The notes: generated by a model from the letters alone, not told the origin. DNA of 64,000 bases from Octopus sinensis (GCF_006345805.1 NC_043016.1:21080001-21144000), one strand, 5' to 3'; shown: positions 23,924 to 37,154, counted from the first letter of the stretch. Made by a program: numbers and translations.

Positions 23924-25665
23924 ATATATTTAGAAATTAGATGAGGCTGCAAAGAGTGAGGTTTGGTGACACCACTATGAAAGGTTGCTGAATAAAGAAA
24001 ATGAATGTAAGAAAGAGAGTCTGCCAAATATCGACCCAACGGAGGGACCACCTATCCGAGTTGATAGTACCTTGGTAGATAAAGTAATTAAGAGTATGAA
24101 GACAGGGTAAGCCCCCAGCCCATCAGGAACCACTGCAGAGATGCTCAAAATATCTGGCAGTGTCGGCTATAGCCTAGCCACCCATATAGTTAACCAGGTG
24201 ATGCACGAAAGAGTCATACCCAATGACTGGTGTAACAGCATTATAGTCAACCACTACAAAGGTAAAGGTGACGCTTTAGATACAAATAATTACAGAGGTA
24301 TCAAGTTGTTGGATCTGGTAATGAAGGTCACAGAGAGGGTCATAGCCCAACTAATTAGGGAGAGAGTCAGTTTAGATGAGATGCAGTTTGGGTTCATGCC
24401 AGGGAAAAGCACCACTGATGCTATATTTCTGGTAAGATAGCTGCAGGAGAAATATTTGGCCAAAGATAAACCTCTGTACCTGGCTTTTGTTGACATGGAG
24501 AAAGCCTTTGACAGGGCCCCCAATCCCTTATCTGGTGGTCAATGAGGAAACTAGGGATAGATGAGTGGTTAGTGAGAGCTGTGCAAGCCATGTATAAGGA
24601 CACTGTCAGTAAGGTGAGGGTTGGCAACAAGTACTGTGAAGAATTCTGGGTAGAGATAGGGGTCTACCAAAGTTCAGTCCTGAGCCCCCTCCTATTTATC
24701 ATAGTCCTCCAGGCAATAACAGAGGAATTCAAGACATGATGCCCCTGGGAGCTCCTCTATGCTGACGACCTTGCTCTAATTGTTGAGTCACTATCAGAAC
24801 TAGAGGAGAAGTTTCAGTTGTGGAAACAAGGATTAGAATCAAAGGGCCTTAGAGTCAACCTAGCTAAAACCAAAGTCCTAATAAGTAGAAGGGCAGGCAA
24901 ACCACAAATCCCTTCAGGTAGATGGCTCTGCTCGATCTGTAGAAAAGGCATAGGTAGAAACTCTATAAGATGTACCCAGTGTAAGCTATGGACACATAAG
25001 AGGTGCAGCAATATCAAAGGAAGGCTAACTGGGAAGATAGTTTTTGTATGTGGCAGAGAACAACTTCTGTCACATTCCAGGGAGAAAAACTTGAAGGAGT
25101 CGATAGCTTCCATTACCTAGGTGACCAAGGCAGTAACGGGGGGAGGGTGAGCTGAAAATGTAGCTGCTAGAATAAGAATAGCCTGGGCAAAGTTCAGAGA
25201 GCTCTTACCTCTGCTGGTGACAAAGGGCCTCTCGTTCAGAGTAAAAGGTAGACAGTATGACGCATGTGTACGAACAGCCATGCTACATGGCAGTGAAACA
25301 GGCCATGACTGCTGAGGATATGCGTAAGCTCGCGAGGAATGAAGCTAGTATGATCCAATGGATGTGTAATGTCAGTGTGCATACTTGACAGAGTGTAAGT
25401 ACCTTGCAAGAACAGTTGGACCTAAGAAGCATCAGATGTAGTGTGAAAGAGAGACGTTTGCGCTGGTATGGTCATGTGGCGAGAATGGATGAGGATAGCT
25501 GTGTGAAAAAGTGCCACACCCTAGCGTTGAGGGAACCTGAGGAAGAGGTAGACCCAAGAAGACCTGGGATGAGGTAGTGAAGCACAACCTTCGAACATTA
25601 GGCCTCACCGAGGCAATGACTAGTGACCGAGACTTTTGGAAATTTATGAGACTTTCCCAAGCAAG
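23924..25665 (+). mobile_element. 5'-truncated RTE-clade LINE (RT, PHD-like finger, C-terminal region)
   Basis: KGKGDALDTNNYRGIKLL, MQFGFMPGKSTTDAIF, AFVDMEKAFD, QSSVLSPLLF, LLYADDL, CSICRKGIGRNSIRCTQCKLWTHKRC and RRLRWYGHVARM; few disruptions. Confidence 0.92.
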
Positions 25666-25809
25666 AAGACCAAATATAACAGAGGACAAAATAGACAGTG
25701 TAAGATCATAGACTTTACAATTTCCTATGATAACAGAGGTGCAGTGAAATAATAGGAAGGTTAATAGAAAGTAGTGTTTATATGTGGAAGATGTACAAGA
25801 GACAGTCTA

Positions 25810-26300
25810 CAAATACACAGGAAATTGCTTTTCTCAAATGTCCTGCAGGTTCTGTAGAGACAGTGGATAATTTCTGTTACCTAGGTCCCTAATTAGTCGT
25901 GGAGAAGTATGTACCAAAAGTGTTATTGTTAGAATAAGAATAGGATGGAGGAAGTTCAGAGAGCTACTACCTCTGTTGGCAACCAAAGGTCTCTTTGTCT
26001 AAGTGAAAGGAAGATTGTATGATGCATGTGTACAAACTGCAATGTCAATGGTATGTATGACAAAGTGTTAATGTATTGAGAGAAAAGTTAGGCATAAGAG
26101 GAATTAGATGCCATGTACAAGAGAGAGGACTGTGCTGGTTTGGTCATGTGATATGCATGGATGAGGATAGTTGCATAAAGAAGTGCCAATCACTCAAAGT
26201 GGATGGTACTTGTGGATGAACTATTGAAGGTCAATCTCCAAATGCTAAGTCTTACAAAGGAAATGAGAAAGGATTGAGATATCTGGCACCTTGTTTTACT
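25810..26300 (+). mobile_element. Older RTE 3' fragment
   Basis: Diverged repeat of RIRIGWRKFRELLPLL...WFGHV. Confidence 0.7.
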
Positions 26301-27290
26301 CAAGAAGACATGCCCACCATAGCAGAACGGATATCCTAAAACCATCTTGGTAATGCTTGTCCATAAAGGGCTCTTCCCCATCCCCACCTCCATCCTCTCT
26401 CCCCTGTCAACCTTTCCCCACCGCATTTCATCCTCTAATACCCATCATATCTTTATCACCTGAGATCAGAAAAGGCACGTACTACATTCCTTCACTGGTT
26501 TTCTCAGTGACCTCTTTTCCCCCACACCAAACCACTTCCATTTCTCATTATCTTCCACTGTGTACTGTCTCCACTAATCACTTCCTTTCTGCACCTTCTC
26601 TTCTCCATTATCAATACCTCACTTACCTGCTATTACCTACAATACCCTCACATATGTACTGCAAACTTCACCCCCCCCCCCAGCCTCACCTATATTTCTC
26701 TCCATCATTTGCTACTGTCACCTCTGTCCTCCCCATCCACCCACCCAGTCCAAACCTCTGTGTCACCTCATCTAGTCTCATCACCCTCAATATCCCTTGC
26801 ATGCATGTCTATGCTATCATCTCTTTTACTATTGCTTTCTTTATCCAACTCTTTAATTTGCTCTCCTTTCTTTTCCAACTGGGAGACCCATGTATCTACA
26901 CTAGAGAGAGACACCTAAATCTATCTTTCTATACATTTAATCTCTCAACTGACACAAATCCACAATCCCAGCTGAGGAGTTTTTGTCCTGCAAGGTACTT
27001 TGTGACTGTCAGTGCTGGTGCACTGCTGCTAGTGCCATGTACAAAGCAACCAGTACACTCTGTAAAATGGTTGGCATTAGATATTGAAACCATGTCAAAA
27101 CAGACAATGGAGCCTGATGCAGCTCCCAGCCTTATCAACTGCAGTCAAACTGTCCAGCATGGGAAACAGATGTATGATGACGATGATGATGATGATAATG
27201 ATGAGCAACTGCTGTCAAACTGTCCAAACCATGCCAGCATGGAAAATAGGTGATGATGATGATGATGATAATGATGAGCAGAGCTGATAC

Positions 27291-27515
27291 CAAAGAAATT
27301 GAAAAAAATTGAGAAATATCAGGATCTAGCCAGAAAGCTGAAGAGACTGCAGTAGAGTAAGACAATTATTCTTGAGGTAATTGGTGCACTCAGCAGAATA
27401 CCCGAAATGCAATCTAAAAGACTGAAAGATATTGGAATTAAGAATCACACTATAGATCTGCAGAAAAGTACCATCCCATATTCTGTATGAATCCTAAGGA
27501 AGATTCTGAATGTAA
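27291..27515 (+). mobile_element. Dong/R4-type (REL endonuclease) non-LTR 3' fragment
   Basis: Translates approximately as EKIEKYQDLARKLKRL..IILEVIGALSRIP..LKDIG..DLQKST..ILRKILN, matching the recalled R4/Dong C-terminal pattern. Confidence 0.6.
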
Positions 27516-28152
27516 GAAAAACATTAAGGACAGCACAGGACAAAACAGACAAAATATTGGGTGGGTGTGTATGTGTTGGTCTGAGGGTTTTATTTCCATG
27601 CTGACCACTTGGTAAAAATCATGTAAACAGGTTTAAAAAAAAAAAAAATGAAAAAGGAAATAATTAGTTTAAACAATGAGAATTCCTCAATAGAGAAGAG
27701 ATACTTAAGGACTGCTCATCGAAAACCCCCATAAAACCACAAATGTCCTGACTTCTGGGGCAGGTGCCTTTTCTCAGTTCCTTATCTCCAGTTTACAGGT
27801 GTATGCTCAGGGCAGGCCCATTCACTTGTACCATGTTTACTACTCTCACCCATCTTTCAACAAAATTGTTAGAAGGTAACATTTCCCTCTCTCCATTTAC
27901 TTTACCTTTCAAGTGAAACTTGAAGTTGATGAAGGAAAAGTATTTGTCTTCAGCCTCTTTAATCACAACCACCATACAACCTCTTTTGCCATGGCCACCA
28001 AGCATATAAAAATTGCATGCTCTTCCCAGTTAAAAGAAGGCAGCAGGGCAATCTTCAAAATGGATACAGTTGAAAGCCAGATCTGTCCCATATGTCACAC
28101 CAGTAATAATAAGTAGAGACTGCAATAATAAAATATAAAGAAAAAGTTGATT

Positions 28153-28158
28153 TTTATT
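28153..28158 (-). terminator. Probable ENOPH1 polyadenylation signal AATAAA
   Basis: About 200 nt downstream of the TAA stop, followed by a U-rich tract on the minus strand. Confidence 0.5.
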
Positions 28159-28360
28159 TTAAAAATAAGCTTGCTTTCATTAACTCAGATATAGTCTGGT
28201 ATCTGAGTAACTTACAAAAAATACAAAATTATAATGATAGAAGGTGAGTTTGAATGACTGATCCCTAATCTACTATATATACTTTACAACAAAAATGAAT
28301 TTCTTTCTGAAAATCAGTTTACATAATGAAATTTTTAAAAAAAACCTGTAGAAATTTGTT

Positions 28361-28542
28361 TTATTTCTCAGTTTTTAAGTTCTTCTTTTTAGAAACTGAG
28401 GGTTCTGATTCTTCTTTTTTTATAAGTTCGGTGAAACTATGAATTGTACAGAATTTACTGAGATCATCTTCAGATAGTGCTTCGTTTCCATCTCGGATAA
28501 CAATACGACACTTGACACCAGCAGATGTTGCAGCTGCAACTT
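28361..28542 (-). CDS. ENOPH1: ENOPH1 terminal coding exon
   Basis: caacag acceptor; [52 protein letters not shown]; TAA at 28363-28361. Confidence 0.92.
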
Positions 28543-31500
28543 CTGTTGAATAGAAGCAAAACATATTAAGGATTACTATGACAAAGTATCACAAGAATGA
28601 CACTACGTTTAACATTTCCAATAATAAGTTAAAGTAATTTTTTAACATATGCTTTCCATCACAAAGTATAGTCTTCTTACTAGTACACTTTGGATGATGC
28701 TGAGAACGTCCAGCAGCTTTCACATATCACTAGCGTTATTTTTTATGCAGGTTAACATTATTCATCAACTGCCTCATACTCACCATATTCTATTGTATCC
28801 AGTTTCAGCAAATCTGCATCCACTGTTTATATCTCACAATCATATGCTTAGACTATTTTAGCAGCTATAGCAAGGTAACCTATAACTTCCTTTGATTTCA
28901 GTTACTTTGTTGTCTTATTAATCATGTCTGAGGTGACCTCTCTATTGGTTCCCCAAAATATAGGTTCTTACATTATCTCTTCTATTTCTTATTCGACAAG
29001 TTCATATCATAAAACCTCTATTCACCACATATATTTCTTACCACTTCATACAAACACATAATCTGCAATTGAAAATACTATATGATCCTTATACTATTTA
29101 GAACATCAATCAACCACCTAAACTTAGCTTCTTATTTAGTCATTCCTGATATTGCTTCTTGTCACCCTATACACATCAGTCACTTAATTGTTATAACCTT
29201 ATCCCCAATACTATTTTACTGTTTTGTTGCCTGTAAATTTACTCTTAGCTTCTATCCTATCTTGATAAACTGATCATTGCTCTTCCAGCCTAGCGCCCTA
29301 CAACTCTCCTCTTTCCAGGCCTACCACTTAGGTCTTTTAGCTCTACTTCATCATCATCATCTGCTCCTGGCATGGAATTGCTCTATCCATGTGAATACTA
29401 TCAATATCATACAGAAAATCCCTTTGTTCTCTACCTCTATGAAGTTGAGAACATATAATATGAAATGGAAATTTAGTGTAACAGTAAAATCTCTTAGAAC
29501 TCATATCTTTCTTTCATTTGTCATTTGTTTCCCAATTTTCTTTGCCTTCAACCTGAAGTTACAAACTACAGTCCTATTCTGAGGTGAGCATTGATATATT
29601 CCTCAACAAGGGAGAATCTATTATTCACATTCCGAGCCTGCTTTATTTCCTGATAAATACAAAGTTAATTTGGCAAAGGTGATGTGCATCTTAAAACCCT
29701 ATGAGCCTTGATTTTTCTAGTGTTTTGCTCGTCCTATTTATAGCTCTAAGATAAGAAATATAACTCCATATGCTAAAGTCAGCCTGTTTGTCTACAAGCA
29801 CCATGTCCTACAGTATTATAAAAATGCTTGCTCATATATGCTATTGTCTAAAATAGTAAAAAAATCATCCTACTGTGAAAGATTAGAAAAAGAATAAACA
29901 TAAAATATAAACTTGCCTTTAGGATTATCTGTAAGGAACATAATTTCATCAGCTTTTACATTTATTTCTTCAACTATTTTCTTGTAACTCTCACTCTCCA
30001 CTTTACTGCCAGTTAGAGTATCAAAAAATCCAGAGAATAGCTTTATGGAAATAAAATTAAGAAATCGTTATAATTTTTTAAGAAATCAACATCAAAAATA
30101 AAAAAAACATTTTAAATGAAATTCAGTACTGATATTTTTTTCACATTTTCTCCTAGTAGAAAACTTCAACAAGTAAGTCTTGTCACTTACTATTCTCATA
30201 AAAATTGCATATCTTAATAATTCTGTGTTACCAATTTTGAAAATGGTCTTTAAAATTTTGGATGTATGAAACAAGGTTATATTTATGGAAAACTGCATTA
30301 CAAAAACATAATCTATGTTGAAGAAGGCCCATGACATTATTTTGGATTAAAGACTGGAAGACTGAGGCAAGAACTATTCAGCTATATACATATATACACA
30401 CATGCATTTGTCAGTACTTGAATTTTAAAACTACGCCTGCTTTTTGTAGTACCAAAAGTGTCATTATATCCATGACTACTATTTTTCCTATGTATTTCCA
30501 ACCGAGAAAGAATGTGAAGGGAAAATGAATTTGACAATCTTCACTTATCCTCTTCTATTCCTCATATATCTTCCAAATCAGAGCAAAAACAATTGTAAAG
30601 GGGATACACCAAATATTTCCCAACATTTTTGTTGACCCCATATATTTACAAGCTTGTATAGAATGCTTTTCAGTAAATGGTAAACAAATTCAAAGACAAC
30701 CAACTGTAGCCTAAACAAATCTGAAGATATGGCTGTGAACATGGTGAAAATTCTATCAGGAAATAACAATGGAAATGTATTTATCAGAGAAGTTGGAACT
30801 TGTCATTCTTAGCAGAAACATATTGCACCAACATATGACATTTCAGAGGTTAAATACAAATGACAAAGAACTCTTAATGGAATCATAAAGATACCAACCA
30901 AATATCAGTATGTAATAATAGAAGCATGAACACCTCTCTGTCACAACTGCATGTCAGATCACAAATTTGCCTGACTATTCCTTGATGTTTCCCATCAATC
31001 TTTTCCTCTGTCCACTACTAATTCTTCACCACTCTAAATTTTTTCATCAATATTGAGAGGTCTTAAAAGACAAAACTAATAGCTATCTGCAACAAGATCT
31101 GGCAAACTTTTGAACAGCCAATGCCTTATATTCCACTGCTTATTGTAGTATTTCCCAAGGAAATTAATCTTCATCTCTGTCAGAATTATTGTACCCCAAT
31201 AAGATTAACCACACAAGCAAGGTGATGCTCAGAGTCAGCTTGAAAAGACTGAGACCACAAGCAGAAAATATAACTGAAGAATAAGCAAGCTTCCATAAAG
31301 GTAGAACTGCTGCAATATATATTTTAAACCGCAACACCTTCTGCAAGAAATATCTTCAGTACTAAAGGGAAGTGAAAATGTATGTACCATGTTAAGTATT
31401 GTACTTGCATGTATACAAAATATAAAAACTCATTTTTTTTTTAATCATAAATTGTCAAAATGCTCATGTTAGTTTGCTTCATCCATAAAATGCATAAGGA

Positions 31501-34500
31501 GAAACAAGATTTAGTTAAGAACAAATTTTGAGAAAATATGAATAATTATTAATTTACAAATGATAAAATCTAAGTATATTACTAATGGTCAATTTAATAG
31601 TAAAACTGGTCGTGTAATGGCATTCTTGGCAAACAGAGAGAGAGAGAGAGATGAAGAGAAAGATACAGAGACAAGGACATTGAAAAAAATTAACTGAAAA
31701 TGATACTGTAGATATGTAAACTCCTTGACATGACATAATGTAATTCAGGCAGGCAGAGATTTAGAGATGTTTTTAATGAAGCCTTTGATGAGAAGGAAGA
31801 AGAGATAGAGGCACATGACATAGAGGACAACTGGAAGTTCCTACGGGACAATCTACTGAGAGCAATATACCAAACCTGTGGTTGGAGCAAAGCTTCTGCT
31901 AGATCAAGGGTGATATAGTGGTGGAACAGTGACATTGACAGGACCATAAAAGAGGACAGGCCCAGAAAGAATGGAAAAGTGAGGGTAGCAAAGAATCATA
32001 TCAGAAAGCTAAAAGGGAAGCTAGACATCAGGTTTATCTAGCTAAGGCAGAAAGAAAAATGAAGTGATTTGCCAATGTCCTACGACTTGAAAATCAGATA
32101 CTTGAGGTGTTTCAAGTCTTTGGTCCTCACGGTGCAGAACATTGGCAAATTTTTTTCTTATTTGCTTCCCCTCTGGCTAAATAAACTTGTCTCCTAGCTT
32201 CCCTTCTGTCAGTCTGATACAATTCCCTGCTACCTCCATTCTTCCAGTCCCTCCAAGCCTGTTTCTTTTGTCTAATAGCCCTATCAACCACATTGTTCCA
32301 CCACCACGTTACCCTGGGTCGAGATGGGACTTTGTTCCATCCACAGATCTGGTCAGTGGCTGTCAGCAGATTGTCCCTAGAAACCTCCAGTTTTCTTCCA
32401 CATTATGTGAAGCTATATCCCCTTCTATTTCATCGAAGACTTCGAGTAGTACGTCTCTAAATCTCTGTCCATTTGCAGGATCTTTAAGCTTCCAGACCCT
32501 TCTCCTCCAAGCTGGTCTTCTTCTGGGCAACCATTTAGCCCTGATCCTGAAGTCGCTAACTACAAATCTATGTTGAGGAGTACATTCTTCACCTGGGAAG
32601 GTTTTGGCATTTATAAGCAGCCCTCTTTCCCTCTTTCTGGCGAGGATGTAGTCAATCTGGCTCGTGTGTCTGCCAGAACGGTAGGTGATTAGGTGAGAGG
32701 TGGGTTTCCTGAAGTTAGTATTGCAAACCATAAGGTCATTTGCATCGCAGAACTCCAGCAGCCTGGTTCCCTCCTCATTGTGAGAACCAAAACCGTAGCC
32801 TCCATGAACGCCCCCGATATGCCGTCCAACATGTCCATTGAAGTCACGTGCCACAAAGAAAAGGTCCCTGTCATTTGTCAACAAGGTAGTCTGCAATAGG
32901 GTGTCATTCATATATATATACATATACATATATATAGATATATACATATATATATATATACACATATATATACATATATATACACATACATATATGTACA
33001 TATATATATATATATACACATATATATATATACACATAAATATACATACATATATATATACACATAAATACATATATATATATATATACATATATATAGA
33101 CATATACACACATATATACATACATATATATATTCATATACATACATATATATATATAAATACACATATACACACATATATACATACATATATATATATA
33201 CACATATATACATGTACATATATATACACATACATATATATATTCATATACATACATATATATACACACATATATATATATATATACATATCGATAAACA
33301 TATATACATTTACATATATATATATACATATATATATATATTAGGTTGTCCCAAAAGTTCGTAAACACTTGCGAAAATTGAATTTTTACTCGCCAAGTAC
33401 TAACAAAAACAACAAAAATTATTCCTCAAAATAAAGACCATTATTTTCCAAGACTTTCTGCCATCGATCTGCAAGCTGTCGAATCAGGTCAAAGTACCAT
33501 TCAGCTGGCTTCGAATCAAAGAATATATGACACGCTTCCTCGACTTCATTAAACGAGTCGAATCGGCAGCCCTTAAGAAAGTGTTGCATTGAGCGGAAAA
33601 GGCCGTAATCTGATGGAGCACAGTCAGGACTGTGGGCTGGATGTGGCAGAACCTCAACGCCGGCCATCTCTTCAAACTTGTCTTTGGTCTTCCTGGCGGT
33701 GTGTGGCTTGGCATTGTCCTGCTGCATCAAAGCGCGCTTTCGGTTGATCAGAGCCAGGTACTTTTGCTTCAACATTTCGTAGACCCGCTCCAGTTGCTGA
33801 CAGTAAAGTTCGGCACTGATGGCACGACCACTCGGAACCAACTCAAAATGCATGATTCCTTCAAAGTTCCACCAAACGCACAACATGACTTTCTTGCCGA
33901 ATCGATCTTGTTTTGGAACCGATGGTGTCTCTTGCCCTTTCTGAACCCATCGCTCGTCTTGATTGTGCTGGACCAGATAGACCCATTTCTCGTCCGAAGT
34001 CACAATGCACTTCCAAAACCAGTCGTCCAATGGATTGCTGAGCAATTGACGGCAAATTTCAACTTGTCTGTTGGCTTGTGCTTCGGTGAGTTCATGTGGA
34101 TCTTGGCGCGGCTTTTTGTGAACAAAATCAAGTTGCCTCAAGTGTCGGTGAATTGTTGATTTGCCAACTCCAAGCTCATCAGCCAATTCTCGAGTACTCG
34201 ATGAAGGCGCAATGTTCAACCCGGTTTGTAAGTCTCCATCATCTAACTTTAACGGCCGTCCCGAACGAGGCTTATCTTCAAGAGTCATGTCGCCAGAATC
34301 GAAACGCTTGTACCACTTTGAGATCGCCGCATATGCAATTGTTCCTTCACCTTCGGCAGCACAAATCTCTTCTGCAGCTTTTCTGGTTGAAAGACCTCAC
34401 TTCCAGCAGTAACGAATCAAGACTCACAGCTCAATTTTATTCATGGGCATCTGGAATATAAAGATGAAGGTAACTATAACAATATAAACCCAAACAAACA

Positions 34501-34559
34501 ATTAAAAATTGCATAAAAATCCAAATTTTCGCAAGTGTTTACGAACTTTTGGGACAACC

Positions 34560-34606
<47 letters not shown>

Positions 34607-34609
34607 GAC

Positions 34610-34640
<31 letters not shown>

Positions 34641-35277
34641 TATATATATATACATATATATATACACATACACATATATATATATATACACAGATATATA
34701 CACAAATATATATTCATATATATATATATATGATCTTTCTTTTGATCTTTCCGACCAGACCATCAGATGTTGTTACACATCGCTGGTCACAATGCGTTCG
34801 CATTGTTTTAGCCTTCGAATGACGCCACCCCGCTGTGTATATATATACACACACACATATATGCACATATATTTATATACGCACACACACATATATATAC
34901 AAATATATATACACATATATATATGCACACACATATATACACACATACATATATATATATATACATAAATATGCATATATATATATATATATAATATATA
35001 TACACATAAATATACACACATTCTCAGTTTTATATATATAGAGATACACATAAATATACATACATATATATATATATATATGTACATATATATATATATA
35101 CACACATAAATATACACACATTCTCAGTTTTATATATATAGAGATACACATAAATATACATACATATATATATATATATATGTACATATATATATATACA
35201 CACATAAATATACACACATTCTCAGTTTTATATATATAGAAATACACATAAATATACATACATATATATATATATAA

Positions 35278-35325
<48 letters not shown>

Positions 35326-37095
35326 ATATACACATAAATATACACATATTCTCAGTTTTATATATATAGAGATACACATAAATATACACACACATATATA
35401 TATATATATATTATATATATATATATATATACCGGAGTAAACACATGTGAAACAAGGTGGAAAAAAGGATACTCAAATACCAGTGGTAGAGTAATATGCT
35501 TTATTTAAAGCAGCAGAAAATTCAACAAAATCTGTTACTCTGAGTTTCTCGTTGCCGTTCATCAGACAGTTTTTGTTAGAATGGAACCGATATATCAATT
35601 CAATCCAGACTCTTACAAACGCTACACCTTTAAAAAATGGACTTGTTTGATTGGCCCTTTAGAAATAACGCTCAATCTTTGAGCAATAAACAAAAAATGA
35701 GCTCAGAAATATATATGTATATATATATAAAAAAATTATAAAAATTATAAAATTCGAGGAAAAACTTTACATTGAATAAAATACATATTGACGTTAATGA
35801 AGGAAATATAATTAATACATGGAAATTAAAATGCATTATAAATATTACACTGCAATACATATTCATATTAAAGTGTACATATATATATCAACATACACAG
35901 AAGGATGCGTGCAAACGCCATACATATACAGGCGTATAAATATAAATCTAAAATATACACACAAATGCATGCATACATATGTATACGCAATCTATCTCGC
36001 ACGCAAGTTAAAATCATGGATGCTAATGTAGCGTTCCTTATTTACGGAGCAAAGCTTAAGACATAAGTAAGTGAGGGGGATGTAAAGTTGTATGCACCAG
36101 TATTATATAGTTAGAGAAAAAAACGAAAGAAAGGAAGAGAGAGAAAAAAGAACGAAGAAGAGGGAAGGAAAAAACGAAATAAGAAAAATTATGTATACAA
36201 GCTGTGTAACCATGTTATTGACATATATATAGAGACAAGTACACAAACACACAAGTTCAAGTGGATACATACACATACAGTCGTGTATGTGTGTGCTTAA
36301 GCACAAACATACGTTCACTTACACATACACAGAGACGCATGCTTACAAATACATATCCATGGCTATACACATATTTACATCAAAATTCTAATTTTTGAAA
36401 ACATTGCTTTTTTTTAAAAAAAAAATGGTGAGTGTAATAATGAAAAATATACGAAAGACATATAAAATATAACACCCTATTTTGGATCATCTATAAATTA
36501 AAAATCAAAGTAAGCCTATACAATACAATAACATGAAATAAACAAAGCACCATCCGATCATGGCTGTTTGCCAGCCTTGTCTGGCACCTGTGCCGGTGAC
36601 ACGTAAAAAGCACCCACTACACTCATGGAGTGGTTGCCGTTAGGAAGGGCATCCAGCTGTCGAACCACTGCTAGATCAGACTGGGCCTGGCGCAGCCTTC
36701 TGGCTTCCCAGACCCCAGTTGAACTGTCCAACTCATGCTAGCATGGAAAGCGGACGTTAAACGATGATGGTGATGATGATGAAATGATTATTTCCTCGAT
36801 ATATTTAGTTTATGGCGAAATATTGTTCAGTTTTTCCTGAGGAAATCTAAAAAAACATATGGTACATATTTGTAATCAATGAATTGAGTAGACGAATAAT
36901 GAAAGAAGCCCATTGTATCATCATCATCATCATCATTTAGCATCTGTTTTCCATGCTAGCATGGGTTGGACGGTTTAACTGGGGCCTGTGAAGCCGGAAG
37001 GCTTCATCAGGCCCAGTCAGATTTGGCAGTGTTTCTACGGCTGGATGCCCTTCCTAACGCCAACCACTCCGTGAGTGTAGTGGGTGCTTTTTACG

Positions 37096-37154
<59 letters not shown>

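Noticed and set aside
26357-27253. 298-aa Pro/Ser/Leu-rich ORF
   Set aside because: It spans pyrimidine-rich low-complexity DNA and an RTE-tail repeat, with no domain or splice support.
32363-35345. Many long Y/I/V/C/M/H-rich ORFs (also at 13704, 16943, 19207 and 41885-43635)
   Set aside because: They are translations of (TA)n/(CA)n/(TG)n microsatellites. Only the embedded RTE and mariner segments are real coding remnants.
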